A stretch of DNA of 64,000 nt from an uncultured Erysipelotrichaceae bacterium (lineage in GTDB: Bacteria; Bacillota_I; Bacilli_A; RF39; UBA660). The notes under the pieces are model-generated. The model was not told the DNA's origin and did no database searches. It worked only from the letters and a program-made list of their open reading frames with translations. This document shows positions 1 to 11,082 of the stretch, piece after piece. Made by a program: the position numbers and the translations under genes. The stretch spans positions 4,929 through 68,928 of the forward strand of contig CADAWN010000002.1 in the NCBI GenBank assembly GCA_902791625.1. The letters are read 5' to 3'. How positions within the stretch are numbered: the first letter of the stretch is position 1; every line of letters starts with the position of its first letter.

Positions 1-240
1 TTGAGCTTCTAATTTACCTAATTCTAGCATTGCATATATTTTATTTTTTGTATTAAGTTGTCCTTTTAGTATTCTTCTTGCTTCATCATATCTTCCATTT
101 TGTATATATGATTTTGCTCGTTGAAAATCACTTTTTAAATCATCAGATACTTTATTATCAAATTTTACTGATTTTGTTCTACTTTTACTATAATAATTAA
201 CATCTGTATGTAATTTTTTTACATAATTTTTTCTACCCAT
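1..240 (-). CDS. TPR-like protein, N-terminal 80 codons only (gene runs off left edge)
   Basis: ATG at 238-240 preceded by a GAGG RBS. No in-frame stop down to position 1. Translation MGRKNYVKK...RAKSYIQNGRYDEARRILKGQL looks like a TPR helix pair. Confidence 0.4.
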   Translation of the reverse strand, partial: MGRKNYVKKLHTDVNYYSKSRTKSVKFDNKVSDDLKSDFQRAKSYIQNGRYDEARRILKGQLNTKNKIYAMLELGKLEAQ

Positions 241-315
241 TTTTCCTCTACTCCCCTTAAGACTTAGAATATTATACCAAATAAACTAAAAAAAGACAAT
301 AATTAAAAGCCTTTT

Positions 316-1665
316 TCATTCTACTTCTAGTATTTTATTTAGTCTTTTTACCTTTTCATCAATATTAACAGGTACGTAATTATGTTCTATTTTTCTATTT
401 ATCTTAAATCTTTCTATGAAACTACCAATATATAAAGTATTTCCTGTTTCAAATAACTTATCTTCAATTAGTTTTAATTCATCACTTGTTAATTCTTTGC
501 TGAAAAGCTCAGCAAATCTGTACAAATATTTAGGATCTTTACTTTCTACAATTGGTTTTAAGTGTTCTCTAAATCTTTTAGTACTAATCTTTTCAAGATA
601 TAAAACATTATATTTTCCACTATTACTGTTAATAACTACATCTTCAAATTTATCTAAATCTTGTTCTTCTATATCACAATGCCTAATATTAAATGCGAAG
701 TGATAACAATATTTTGGATTACGACTATTAACTACTATTTTAGCAAGTAACTTAGTTTTAGCTCCTTCTATATCACTAGCATATGCGAGTGCATATTCAG
801 GATTTTTTATTTGTAGAATTAGTTTTTCTAGTGGTCTTTTATTAGCTCCTTCTACATCTCGTGCGAATAAGAAAATAAAGTTTGGATCAAGACTATCCAT
901 AACTATCTGTTGATGTTTTAAGACATCAACACCTTCTACATCACGAGCAACTTGATAGTTTGCTTCAGCATTTTTACTTTCAAGTATTACATCAACAAGT
1001 GCATATTTGTCTGTTGCTTTACCACTTACTAAAAACATATATGCATAATGTGGATTCTTACTTTTTATAATATTTTGTTCTATTCTTTCTAAGTCTACAC
1101 CTCTAATGTATTCACTCATTAAATAATTGTATTCAGCACTACCACTTTTATATACAGCTTCAATAAATTTCTTTCTATTAACATTTCCTTCATAACGAGC
1201 AATTAGATAATTATATTCTGGGTTTCCACTTTTTAAAACTTCATTAAGATGAGCTTTTTTATCTACACCATCTATATATTTATAAAACATATAATTAGCT
1301 TTAGCATCTTTACTTTCTAAAACTTTTTTACTTAATAAATCTTTATGAGAATTAGACATATATTTTGCAAATTTAAAAATATATTCTAAATCTCCACTTT
1401 TAATAACTTCCCATTCATGAGCACCCCAATCTGAATTAGGGATATATTTAGCTGCCAAATAATTATATTCTGGATTACCACTTTCTTTTATTATGTTGCA
1501 ATGTCCCAAGAGATTTGCTCCAGGCATCTTTAAAGCATAATAATATGAAAGTTTAGGATTTTTTAAGTTAAATATTTTCCATTCAAATAAATCTCTTGCA
1601 GTATTTGGATCTATTTTACAACATAGGCAATTAATTAAATTTATTATTTCTTCTTCCTTTGTCAT
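316..1665 (-). CDS. Helical tandem-repeat protein, about 14 copies of a 28-residue unit (consensus h-x-x-S-x-N-P-E-Y-N-Y-x-x-A-x-x-h-x-G-x-D)
   Basis: 449-aa ORF. Repeats are visible by eye: IKESGNPEYNYLAAKY, LKSGNPEYNYLIARY, YKSGSAEYNYLMSEY, LESKNAEANYQVARD, LQIKNPEYALAYASD and others. Confidence 0.6.
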   Translation of the reverse strand: MTKEEEIINLINCLCCKIDPNTARDLFEWKIFNLKNPKLSYYYALKMPGANLLGHCNIIKESGNPEYNYLAAKYIPNSDWGAHEWEVIKSGDLEYIFKFAKYMSNSHKDLLSKKVLESKDAKANYMFYKYIDGVDKKAHLNEVLKSGNPEYNYLIARYEGNVNRKKFIEAVYKSGSAEYNYLMSEYIRGVDLERIEQNIIKSKNPHYAYMFLVSGKATDKYALVDVILESKNAEANYQVARDVEGVDVLKHQQIVMDSLDPNFIFLFARDVEGANKRPLEKLILQIKNPEYALAYASDIEGAKTKLLAKIVVNSRNPKYCYHFAFNIRHCDIEEQDLDKFEDVVINSNSGKYNVLYLEKISTKRFREHLKPIVESKDPKYLYRFAELFSKELTSDELKLIEDKLFETGNTLYIGSFIERFKINRKIEHNYVPVNIDEKVKRLNKILEVE

Positions 1666-1760
1666 ACCTAACCTCCCGATTTTCCTACCCTAATTTAATT
1701 CTATCATTTAAACAAAATAAAAACAAGAATAGTTAAACTATTCTTGTTATTTGTTAAATA

Positions 1761-2360
1761 TTATTTTGTTTTTGTACCTTGTTCTTCTAAAGTAAGTAAT
1801 TTATTATACATTTTACTTTTACTTTCATGTATTACTTGTTTATGTGCTTCAACATTAGCACCTTTAACATTATGTTCATATAGGTAATTGTATTCGGCAC
1901 TACGACTATTTAATACTACTTCTTCTTTTTCTTTAATATGCTCTCCTCTATATAATGCACTAAGTAAATTATATTTTGGATCCTTACTTTCAATAATAAC
2001 TAAGTCATGAGCTTCTTTATCAGAACCCTCAATATCTCTTTCAAATAAGAAGTTATACTCAGGATTTCCACTTTCAATTACTTTTTTTCCGAATTTTCTT
2101 ACATCAACACCAGGAACATCTCTACATAATAAGTACATTACTTCTAAATCATCACTATCATATACTATTTGTTCATTCTCTTTAAATTTTGCAGTTTTAT
2201 CTCCTACAATCATTAAGTAACCACATGAAAGTAATGCATTTTTTAAGTTTACTATAACATCATCATACTCTTCTACTGTTCTTTCAATTCCTATTTTTTT
2301 TGCTAGTTCATTAATATTTAATATAATTTGTTGTATACGTGCATAATCTTTTTTTTCCAT
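1761..2360 (-). CDS. Shorter paralog of the 28-residue repeat protein
   Basis: 199-aa ORF with ESGNPEYNFLFERDIEGSD, ESKDPKYNLLSALY and NSRSAEYNYLYEHNVKGAN repeats matching the neighbouring gene. Confidence 0.6.
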   Translation of the reverse strand: MEKKDYARIQQIILNINELAKKIGIERTVEEYDDVIVNLKNALLSCGYLMIVGDKTAKFKENEQIVYDSDDLEVMYLLCRDVPGVDVRKFGKKVIESGNPEYNFLFERDIEGSDKEAHDLVIIESKDPKYNLLSALYRGEHIKEKEEVVLNSRSAEYNYLYEHNVKGANVEAHKQVIHESKSKMYNKLLTLEEQGTKTK

Positions 2361-2444
2361 AATATTTCTTCACTCCCTAAAAGCATTTATTATTTTAACA
2401 CTAATACTTTAAAAAGTAAATAAAAAAGATTAGTAATACAATTA

Positions 2445-3398
2445 CTAACCTAAAATAACATATGAATAATAACCTACAAAAAGTAGTAAGAATAGTATTC
2501 CTTCTTTTCTATTTATTCTATAATCTTTAAAACTACAAATAAATAATAATAAACAACTAGCTATCATTGCGATTAAATCTACATAACTAATCGTAAAATG
2601 ATTAATTCCTCCAATTAAAGCTACTGGAAGTCCTATTACTACTCCTATATTAAATATATTACTTCCTACTACATTTCCTATAGCAATATCATATTCACCT
2701 TTTCTAGTTGCTACTACACTGGTAACAAGTTCTGGAAGAGATGTTCCTAGAGCTACTACAGTAAGTGAAATCATTCTTTCGCTAACATGAAGCATTTTAG
2801 CTATTTTAGATGCAGAGTCAACCACAAAATGAGATCCAAATACTAAACAAGCTATTCCTACTAAAGTAAATATTATCGATAGAAGTATATTGAATTTTGG
2901 CTTAGTTTCTTCCTCTTCTTCTGTTTTATTTCTCATAGTTGAAATCAAGTAATAAATAAACACTAAAAAGAATAAAACTATTATAACTCCATCGCTTCTA
3001 GTTATAGTATTAACTTTTGCACCACTAATTAATTTATCACACATTATTACTGAAAGAAGTACAGATAAAAGCATAACTATTGGTAATTCTTTTTTTACAG
3101 TAGAATTCTTTACTCTTAATGCATGAATAGTACCAGCTACTCCTAATATAAGTAAAATATTTAAAATATTACTACCAACTACATTTCCTAAAACGATATC
3201 TCCACTCCCATTAATCATTGATTTAATTGATACAGCAAGTTCTGGAGCACTTGTACCAAAAGCTACTATAGTAAGTGCGATAAACATTTTAGATAATTTA
3301 AAATTTTCAGCTAATGAACTAGCTGCATCAACAAATAAATCAGCACCCTTTACTAAAACTATAAATCCTGCGACTAATATTAAAATTTGCAACCACAT
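2445..3398 (-). CDS. Ca2+/Na+ antiporter, CaCA (YrbG-like) family
   Basis: Multi-pass membrane protein with two alpha-repeat motifs: GNVVGSNILNILLILG and GNVVGSNIFNIGVVIG. Confidence 0.85.
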   Translation of the reverse strand: MWLQILILVAGFIVLVKGADLFVDAASSLAENFKLSKMFIALTIVAFGTSAPELAVSIKSMINGSGDIVLGNVVGSNILNILLILGVAGTIHALRVKNSTVKKELPIVMLLSVLLSVIMCDKLISGAKVNTITRSDGVIIVLFFLVFIYYLISTMRNKTEEEEETKPKFNILLSIIFTLVGIACLVFGSHFVVDSASKIAKMLHVSERMISLTVVALGTSLPELVTSVVATRKGEYDIAIGNVVGSNIFNIGVVIGLPVALIGGINHFTISYVDLIAMIASCLLLFICSFKDYRINRKEGILFLLLFVGYYSYVILG

Positions 3399-3441
3399 AA
3401 TAAACCTCCTAACAAAAAATGGTTATATAATAACCATTTAA

Positions 3442-4290
3442 TTATCTTCTTATACCTTTAAAATTATTTGGATCTAGTGGATCAAATTCAGTCATTGTTC
3501 CATCACTAAGCTCTACTGGGTATTTTCTATTAAAATCTTCTATTTCTTTTCTGTCTTGTTCATCTTTTCCATTAATTAGATTTAATAGATTAAGAGCTGT
3601 TTTATTAACACCTGGAGCATCTACACCAAACATATTACCATTTATTTTTCTTAAAAAATTATTAAATTCAGTATCTATATCTTCTCTTCTTATATCTTCT
3701 GGTTGAATATCTCTATTTTTATATAATCTTTCATTTACATCTTGTAGTCCTAAACGTTCTGGATGTTCAAAACATTCCTCAACTAACTCTCTTGTTCTTT
3801 TAACATAATCAAGTCTATTATAATTATCTTGAGTAATAACCATATCAGCATTAAATACAGATTTTACACAATCAACAAATGGTTCCATAGGAGCAACACT
3901 TATATCTTGTATATCTTCTGCCTTGTGACCTAAATCATTTAAAAACTCTCTAAGTTCCATTACAACATCTTGTGAATAATCTTTACTATTTCTTGCTAAT
4001 TTACTACACATATGTGCAATACCTAATAAACAATATCTTTTTGCTGCTTCTTTTGAAGGTTTCATAGCTTCACTTGTTTTTTCAGATTTAAACATATTGA
4101 TATCAAAAACTTGTGAAAATAAACCATTTACCATTGGTTTTAAATCTTCATGACAATTCTCTAATGCATTTTCTTTATAATATCTTCTAATTTTTCTTAA
4201 TTCATTTAATACATAATTACTACTCATAGTTTTTATTCTATGTGATATTTTTTCTTTTAATGTAGATCTTTTGTAAATATTTAATTCCAT
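3442..4290 (-). CDS. Hypothetical protein
   Basis: 282-aa ORF overlapping the upstream gene by 10 nt. No recognisable motif. Confidence 0.5.
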   Translation of the reverse strand: MELNIYKRSTLKEKISHRIKTMSSNYVLNELRKIRRYYKENALENCHEDLKPMVNGLFSQVFDINMFKSEKTSEAMKPSKEAAKRYCLLGIAHMCSKLARNSKDYSQDVVMELREFLNDLGHKAEDIQDISVAPMEPFVDCVKSVFNADMVITQDNYNRLDYVKRTRELVEECFEHPERLGLQDVNERLYKNRDIQPEDIRREDIDTEFNNFLRKINGNMFGVDAPGVNKTALNLLNLINGKDEQDRKEIEDFNRKYPVELSDGTMTEFDPLDPNNFKGIRR

Positions 4291-5402
4291 AAAGTATCCC
4301 TCACTTTTTTTAACCCTAATTTCTCTTTCATTATATCAGAATAATCTGAAAAAATCAAAAGAATTAGCTTACTTAACATTTTTTTACTATCAGAACTTAA
4401 TTTAGTACTTGATTTAATTATTTTGTAAATACTTCTTATTTTTTCCTTTTTTATATCAAGTAAACTATTTATATTATTTTCTTCAAATATCATAAATAAT
4501 TCATCTATACATTTTTTTCTTTCTTCTTCATCATATTTTTCTAACCATCTAATAAGTACATCCTGAAATTCTTTACTTCTATTTATTAAATTAGCTTCAA
4601 TAAATGTAGTATCATTTACATGCCATTTTAAAGCATCATGACCAAATATACCAATACCAGTAGACGCAATTACTTCGTAGTTAGTATTATAAAGTAGTAT
4701 TCCAACAATACTATTTTGCGGAACTATATGTACGTATTTATCTTTTAACTTTAAGAATGCTTGTGACTCAATTTGTTCTTTTAGTACTCCTGGTCCATCA
4801 TTATTATATATTTTAATAATTTTATTTTTAACCCAAAAATCACTATAAAGTGCTGAAACAAGTGCAAGATTACCACCTTTAGAATGTCCTCCTACTATTA
4901 CTCTAATATTTTTAAATCCTACTACTTTTTCTAAATAAAGTATCGCATCATCTTGTGAAGATATTGGAAATTTATAAGCAAGACAAAAATCTTCTTTCCA
5001 TCCTATAACAGCTTCATCTGTTCCTTCAAAAGATACATACATTAAGTCTTCTAAAATATCTATACATACTGCTCCAAATTGTTCTTTTTCATTAACTACT
5101 TTTTCATAATTATGTAAAGTTAAAGTATTATATCTTTTAAAATCTTTTATTTTTCTAAATAGTTTTATCGCACTTCTAATAGAGAAAATATTATGTTTTA
5201 ATTCTTCATCACTATACTTATTAAAATACTTTTCACTTGCTTCTTTTAGTGTAATTTTATCTTTATGTTTAGATACAATATCAGTAAAATCTATATATGA
5301 AACAAGAGATAGAATAACATTATCTACCTCATTAAATTCAAATTCATTAAAATCTTTTTCTCCATATTTTTCTACATACTCAAACAAAGTCATACTCTTC
5401 AC
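4281..5402 (-). CDS. Mbeg1-like (DUF2974) alpha/beta-hydrolase, lipase-like
   Basis: Nucleophile-elbow-like motif VGGHSKGGNLALVSAL, typical of DUF2974. Confidence 0.6.
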   Translation of the reverse strand: MKSMTLFEYVEKYGEKDFNEFEFNEVDNVILSLVSYIDFTDIVSKHKDKITLKEASEKYFNKYSDEELKHNIFSIRSAIKLFRKIKDFKRYNTLTLHNYEKVVNEKEQFGAVCIDILEDLMYVSFEGTDEAVIGWKEDFCLAYKFPISSQDDAILYLEKVVGFKNIRVIVGGHSKGGNLALVSALYSDFWVKNKIIKIYNNDGPGVLKEQIESQAFLKLKDKYVHIVPQNSIVGILLYNTNYEVIASTGIGIFGHDALKWHVNDTTFIEANLINRSKEFQDVLIRWLEKYDEEERKKCIDELFMIFEENNINSLLDIKKEKIRSIYKIIKSSTKLSSDSKKMLSKLILLIFSDYSDIMKEKLGLKKVRDTLWN

Positions 5403-5405
5403 CTA

Positions 5406-6248
5406 CTATATAGTTTTTGAATTATTAAAACCATAGTACTCTTGTACTTCAGAAACTAATCCCATAACACCAGTGGTCCATTCATATGCAGTGTCACCAC
5501 AATAAAATTGACTTGTATAATTAACTATTCCACCAATATCAGTTATGCCTTGTTCTTTAGCAGCATCAATATATTTTTTTATACAACAAAGTGCTTCATA
5601 CATACCATAGTAAGGAGTTTGATATTTACCAAATTCTCCGTTTAATAGTCTTATTCCACCATAATTATTATCATTCTTGCAAAGTTCTGAAGTGCCATTA
5701 CCTGTTTCTAATCTAAATATTGAAAGTGAAATTGCTTTTTCATCTTCAGTCATTCCATAATTATCACACATCTCAAGAATAAAACCTTCTTGTTCATCTT
5801 GTGTCATTTCTTTTCTTTCAATTAATTCTTCAGGACAATCACATCTAAGTATTTTTTTATCATAAGAATCATCAAATAATACACACATAATACCGGCTTT
5901 AGGTTTATTATATTCATTTTGAATAATACTCATGTTTTTCTTTATAACTTCAATACTATCTCTATATTTATGATGAGAAAGATTGCTATACTTTTCTATA
6001 AAAGGTCTTAATTCCATTACACTAATACCAGTAGTTTCTGATATACCTCTAACCTCAGCGTATTCATCTATTATTATCTTACTTGCACTATCATCTACAT
6101 TTACATCACTACTTTGTGTAATGCTAGATTCAGGTTTATCAACTTTACTACTTTTATTGTTACATCCAGTAAAAGTAAGCATAAAAACTCCTGCACTAAG
6201 TGTAGCTAAAACTTTCTTAACATTAATATCTAAATTCTTAATATTCAT
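5406..6248 (-). CDS. Lipoprotein with glucosaminidase-like (FlgJ/Lyz2-type) C-terminal domain
   Basis: Lipobox LTFTGC. ETGNGTSELCKNDNNYGGIR resembles the E-S/T-G-x-G-x-S...NN-x-F-G-I motif of mannosyl-glycoprotein endo-beta-N-acetylglucosaminidases. Confidence 0.45.
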   Translation of the reverse strand: MNIKNLDINVKKVLATLSAGVFMLTFTGCNNKSSKVDKPESSITQSSDVNVDDSASKIIIDEYAEVRGISETTGISVMELRPFIEKYSNLSHHKYRDSIEVIKKNMSIIQNEYNKPKAGIMCVLFDDSYDKKILRCDCPEELIERKEMTQDEQEGFILEMCDNYGMTEDEKAISLSIFRLETGNGTSELCKNDNNYGGIRLLNGEFGKYQTPYYGMYEALCCIKKYIDAAKEQGITDIGGIVNYTSQFYCGDTAYEWTTGVMGLVSEVQEYYGFNNSKTI

Positions 6249-6281
6249 AGTATCACCCTTATCATAAGTATATCATATAAA

Positions 6282-6758
6282 CTAATTATTTGTTGAACCA
6301 AAACCACCATTTCTTAAATTATCTATGTCTTCTTCATTATCTACTGTTAAGTATTTGACAAATATTCCCTGACAGATGTTATCTCCTTCTGAAATACTAA
6401 AATCTTCTTCTCCTTCATTTTGTAAACAAATCCAAACATGTCCTTCATTACTAGAATTATTGTAGTAATCACTATCAATTATTCCTACTTGATTACAAAG
6501 TCTAATATTATGTTTAAACCCCATACTACTTCTAACAACAATCATTAATACTTCATCACTTTCAAGTTTTACTTTAATTCCTAGAGGTATCTTTTTTCTT
6601 TCTCCTTTTCTTAAAGTAAAACTAGTTAAAGATTTAAAGTCATATCCTGCACTATTTTTAGTACTTCTTTTAGGTAGTAAAATACTATCATATAATTCTT
6701 TATCATCACTTATATCTTTTTTAAATTGTTCAAAACTTATTTTTTCAAAGTATCTCAT
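6282..6758 (-). CDS. dut: dUTP diphosphatase
   Basis: dUTPase motifs SAGYDFKS, VVRSSMGFK, GIIDSDYY and RNGGFGSTN. Confidence 0.9.
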   Translation of the reverse strand: MRYFEKISFEQFKKDISDDKELYDSILLPKRSTKNSAGYDFKSLTSFTLRKGERKKIPLGIKVKLESDEVLMIVVRSSMGFKHNIRLCNQVGIIDSDYYNNSSNEGHVWICLQNEGEEDFSISEGDNICQGIFVKYLTVDNEEDIDNLRNGGFGSTNN

Positions 6759-8536
6759 TTTTTCTCCTTTAATGTTACTTCATAGTCTGTTATGCCCTTA
6801 CCTACATTAGGTTTAGTCATTGAATATACAAAGTCTACTATAAAGACTGTTGATAAAATAACACATGCGGTTATTAATACTTTCTTATTAAACTTTCTTA
6901 ATATATTATCTAGTTTAGGACTTATTAGGTATACTACAGCCATACCTGCTACTACGAATAGAAGTATTCCATCTGCACATATTCTTCCATCTATATTTAA
7001 GAAATAACCAGTATAATCCCACCATCTTTGACCATTATGAGTAACCTCTAAAATTAAAGCTGTATAATACTCTATTATTCCGCAAATAATACCTGTAAGT
7101 AAAGCATGTTTTCCTGGATCTCTTCTAAATCTATAAAGTAGTAATAATATTAAACAACTACCCGCACCATATATAGGTAACCAAGGTCCATACATAACTC
7201 CACGATTAACAAATCTTCCATCCTCTACAATGTGAAGTACTACTTCCCAGAACCATCCACAGAATGATGTTATAAAAAATATTAAAATAAGATTATAAAG
7301 AGTATATCTTCTTGCATAATTTAATCCTTTATCTTGAGCTGGTTTATTTTTACCTTTAAATAAATTATCTGGATAAACATTTCCATTTATACAATCACTA
7401 ATGTATTTATATCTTGTATTTCTTACTAATTCTTCTTCATAAGCTTTCTTATCTTCATCTTTTTCTAATGAAAGACCAAAGTTTCTAATTAAAAATCCTC
7501 TAACTCCTTTATAATTCTTTAATGGTATTTTCTTACTAGAAACATTATCGTATTGCTCTTTATATTCTTTATCTAACTCTTCTTTTGATGCAACTTCATA
7601 TAAGTATTTATCATTAAAGTATTTATAACCCTCTATCTTATTATCTATAGCTTTCTTTCTTAGTTTAACAAAGAATTCAGAGAATGTTGCAACTTCATAT
7701 GCATTAGAGAAAAATATTGATGATAAACCTAGTGTTAAAAGTCCTAAAATATTCCATCCAATAAATGATAATTTTAATTTAAAAGCCTCCCATTTATATC
7801 CATCCATCATTCTTCTAGATAAATTAATAGCATCTCTTGCAGGAATATAGGGATTCTCAGCAACGATAAAAGGAACCATTAAATAAGAAAAATGCTTAAT
7901 AAAACCTCCTACTATAGTTAATGTCCATAGTAATGTATAAACATATTTTAAGAACATTACTTTAGCTACTTTTAACCAAGTTTTAGTTCTTTGAATAAAT
8001 AAATATCTTGTCTTTCTTACTCTTTTATAGGTTCTCGCTTCTAAGAATATTCTTCTTGATATTACCGTGTAAACATCTACCACCAAGTACCAGAGTGATA
8101 AAACTAGTAACATAGCTAAAATAATTAATAATCCCATCCAGAAATTATATGATTTAATTATAGATTTAACTGTTCTTATAATAATGGCATATAAAGTACC
8201 TGTAGTAAATACTCTAACTGCACTCTTAAATATACTTTTTTTATGATTTAAAACTAAATCCTCACCATCTTTTATTTTAGATGATTGTTCTTCTACTTCT
8301 TCTTTTAAAACATTAAATCTTTGTTTTGTATTAGTCATCTCAAAAATACTAATATCTGATTCTTTTTTTACTCCTACTTGAGCAATAGTGATAGATGAAC
8401 TAAATTCACTACCAATTAAAGATGAAACTAAACATGCAATTATCAAAAATCTATAATGTTTTTTAATAGTTTTTCTTGCACTAGTCTTTAACTCTTTTAT
8501 ATTCATAACCACACCTCTATTTAAAACAAAAGACAT
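6755..8536 (-). CDS. Large polytopic membrane protein with a C-terminal CmpB-like domain (PF06541, 'putative ABC-transporter type IV')
   Basis: 593 aa with many TM segments. C-terminal FCGWFWEVVLH...GPWLPIYGAG motif. Confidence 0.45.
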   Translation of the reverse strand: MSFVLNRGVVMNIKELKTSARKTIKKHYRFLIIACLVSSLIGSEFSSSITIAQVGVKKESDISIFEMTNTKQRFNVLKEEVEEQSSKIKDGEDLVLNHKKSIFKSAVRVFTTGTLYAIIIRTVKSIIKSYNFWMGLLIILAMLLVLSLWYLVVDVYTVISRRIFLEARTYKRVRKTRYLFIQRTKTWLKVAKVMFLKYVYTLLWTLTIVGGFIKHFSYLMVPFIVAENPYIPARDAINLSRRMMDGYKWEAFKLKLSFIGWNILGLLTLGLSSIFFSNAYEVATFSEFFVKLRKKAIDNKIEGYKYFNDKYLYEVASKEELDKEYKEQYDNVSSKKIPLKNYKGVRGFLIRNFGLSLEKDEDKKAYEEELVRNTRYKYISDCINGNVYPDNLFKGKNKPAQDKGLNYARRYTLYNLILIFFITSFCGWFWEVVLHIVEDGRFVNRGVMYGPWLPIYGAGSCLILLLLYRFRRDPGKHALLTGIICGIIEYYTALILEVTHNGQRWWDYTGYFLNIDGRICADGILLFVVAGMAVVYLISPKLDNILRKFNKKVLITACVILSTVFIVDFVYSMTKPNVGKGITDYEVTLKEKK

Positions 8537-9195
8537 TATTCATGTCTTTCTAAAAATAAACTATCTAGTGAAAAATAATAACTTAGTAATGTTATAGATA
8601 TAACTATTCCACCTAATATATCACTAAACCAGTGTACACCAGATATAAATCTTCCAGCTACTATTAAAACCATAAGTATCATAATAAATATATTAACTAG
8701 TTTTAATTTACTCTTATCTTTAATATAGAATTTGTTCATAGCTATCGCACTTACACAAACACATATAGCAAGTACAGTATGACTAGATGGGAAAGATGCT
8801 TCTAGTTTTCCATCCATTAATACTGGTCTATAATTAATAGCTACTTTATCAAAGAAAACATATATTATTCCTACTAATACATAGAACACTCCTAATATAT
8901 ATATTCTTTTATCAACTTTAAATAAACTCTTTCTTTTAATTAATTGTACTAAACCAACAATTCCATATACAGCTACTATTAATAGAGCTATTAAACCTAG
9001 TATTTCTGTTACCTTATAAATTGTTTTATTGTATGTAAATAAATTTTTAAAATATTTATTAACAGTACCAAATCCTACTTTACTCCCCTTTGGACCAATT
9101 GCCATTATATCAATAGTTTTAACTAAATAGATGTATCCAAAAGATACAACAGTTAAAAATAGTGATATTAATATATTTCTTGTTTCTTTTTTCAT
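8536..9195 (-). CDS. PAP2-family phosphatase
   Basis: PSSHT and SGVHWFSDILGG acid-phosphatase motifs in a multi-TM protein. Confidence 0.8.
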   Translation of the reverse strand: MKKETRNILISLFLTVVSFGYIYLVKTIDIMAIGPKGSKVGFGTVNKYFKNLFTYNKTIYKVTEILGLIALLIVAVYGIVGLVQLIKRKSLFKVDKRIYILGVFYVLVGIIYVFFDKVAINYRPVLMDGKLEASFPSSHTVLAICVCVSAIAMNKFYIKDKSKLKLVNIFIMILMVLIVAGRFISGVHWFSDILGGIVISITLLSYYFSLDSLFLERHE

Positions 9196-9288
9196 ATTCT
9201 CACTCCTAATACCATTATATTAAAAAGTGTAAAGTAAAATAAATAGTAAATTAATAATTTATACAATTTTTTACAAAAAAAAGACATT

Positions 9289-11082
9289 TTACAATGTCTT
9301 AACTTTTTCTGTTTCTTTTATTTCATCTAAACTATCAACGAATTTATATGTAATTAAATTACAATATTCAGGAAATTCTCTTTCACATAAAGTTTGGATT
9401 GGTCTTACAACAACATCATCAAATCCTTTAAATCTTTCATTTAAAACAAGATTAGCTTCAAATGTTTTATTATGCTTAACATCTGTATATGTTACAACTT
9501 TACATCCTGATATACTGTAATACATTCCTAATGTTTTTTCTAATATTCTAGGAAAATATTTTAAATCCCATTTTCTATTTTGCCAATTTTCTAATCTATC
9601 ATTAACATATAAGACACCATCTTCATTTATGTATCCTATATCTCCTGTATGTAACCAAAGTCTTCCATCTTTATGTTTCATAATTACTTTATCAGTTAAT
9701 TCTTGATCATCAAAATATCCATTCATTATACTTGGACCACTAATACATATTTCACCATCATACCCATATTTAATTTCTTTATCAGTACCAGGTGAGAATA
9801 TTCCTATTAGAGTTTTAGTAAATGGTATACCAACACTACCAAATTCATTATTTTTATGTGGTGTACCCGCAATAGCTCCACCTACTTCAGTCATACCATA
9901 ACCTTTTAAAACTCTAGATTTACAATTATGTTCTTCTAAAAACTTATTAGTTTTTTCTTCTAAATTAGTATACATATTATCAATAACTATAGGTGTTTTT
10001 AAGAATGAAAAATTCTTATTCATAAGTTTATAATTACTTAACATATCTTTATAACATCTATATGTACCAATTATATGATTAGGTTTATTCTTAAGAAGTA
10101 TTTGTTCAAATTTATTATCATCATATTCAGGCATTAAAATAGTTTCAATACCACTTGAAAGAGGTAAATGAATACCAAGAGTAATACCAGTTATTCTATA
10201 GTTTGAAAGCGTATTTAACCATTTATCGCCTTTTTCTATATCTATTCCAGAAATTGAACATTGAAGTGAAGCTGCATTAATATTCTCATTTGTTAATACA
10301 ACAGTTTTCTTATCTCCTGAAGTACCTAAAGTATGAGTAATTAAAAATGGTCTTTTCTTTTTATACTCTAATTTTGCATTTAGGTTTTCGTAGTTTTTAC
10401 CTTCATTAATAAATGTCTTCCAGTTAATTGTTTTATCATTATAATCAACTTTATAATTCTTAAATAAATCGTTAACATATTTAATTCTATGAGGTATTAC
10501 TACACTCTTATTAATTGTTTCATTTTCTATTAATGGTTTAAACTTTTCATAATCTTTATCAGTAATAAATGTCATAGTTGAATTAACTGCTTTAATATAT
10601 TTTTCAATATCTTTAATATCAGTATTAGAATCAATTATATGAATAGTACTTCCTATTTTACTAATGGCATAAAACAAATAAACAAATTCTAAACTATTAG
10701 GCATAGATAATGTAATAACATCATCTTCTTTTACACCATTTTGTTTTAATGCTTTAGCTACTTCATCTATTTTTTCAAATAATTTTTTATAAGTTATTCT
10801 TTCATTATCATAATTTAGTGCAATATCATGAGGATTAGCTATATTATTACGATAAAGATATGAATATGCACTTACCTCAGGTAACTCCATAGCTATTTCA
10901 TCTTCAGTATATGAGTCTAACCATGGTCTATCATTTGTTGCATATCCAGTTAATGCACCAGCTCGCTCTCCTGTATAAAATTCCTTTAAATATAAATTAC
11001 GTTTTTCTTCATCAGTTAACTTAGGTTTAGGAATTTTTACACCTAATAAAGTATCACTTTCATGATTATCAAAATATACCAT
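9289..11082 (-). CDS. AMP-dependent synthetase/ligase (acyl-CoA synthetase-like)
   Basis: Adenylate-forming motifs THTLGTSGDKK, GYGMTEVGG and TGDIGYINEDGVLYVNDR. Confidence 0.85.
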   Translation of the reverse strand: MVYFDNHESDTLLGVKIPKPKLTDEEKRNLYLKEFYTGERAGALTGYATNDRPWLDSYTEDEIAMELPEVSAYSYLYRNNIANPHDIALNYDNERITYKKLFEKIDEVAKALKQNGVKEDDVITLSMPNSLEFVYLFYAISKIGSTIHIIDSNTDIKDIEKYIKAVNSTMTFITDKDYEKFKPLIENETINKSVVIPHRIKYVNDLFKNYKVDYNDKTINWKTFINEGKNYENLNAKLEYKKKRPFLITHTLGTSGDKKTVVLTNENINAASLQCSISGIDIEKGDKWLNTLSNYRITGITLGIHLPLSSGIETILMPEYDDNKFEQILLKNKPNHIIGTYRCYKDMLSNYKLMNKNFSFLKTPIVIDNMYTNLEEKTNKFLEEHNCKSRVLKGYGMTEVGGAIAGTPHKNNEFGSVGIPFTKTLIGIFSPGTDKEIKYGYDGEICISGPSIMNGYFDDQELTDKVIMKHKDGRLWLHTGDIGYINEDGVLYVNDRLENWQNRKWDLKYFPRILEKTLGMYYSISGCKVVTYTDVKHNKTFEANLVLNERFKGFDDVVVRPIQTLCEREFPEYCNLITYKFVDSLDEIKETEKVKTL

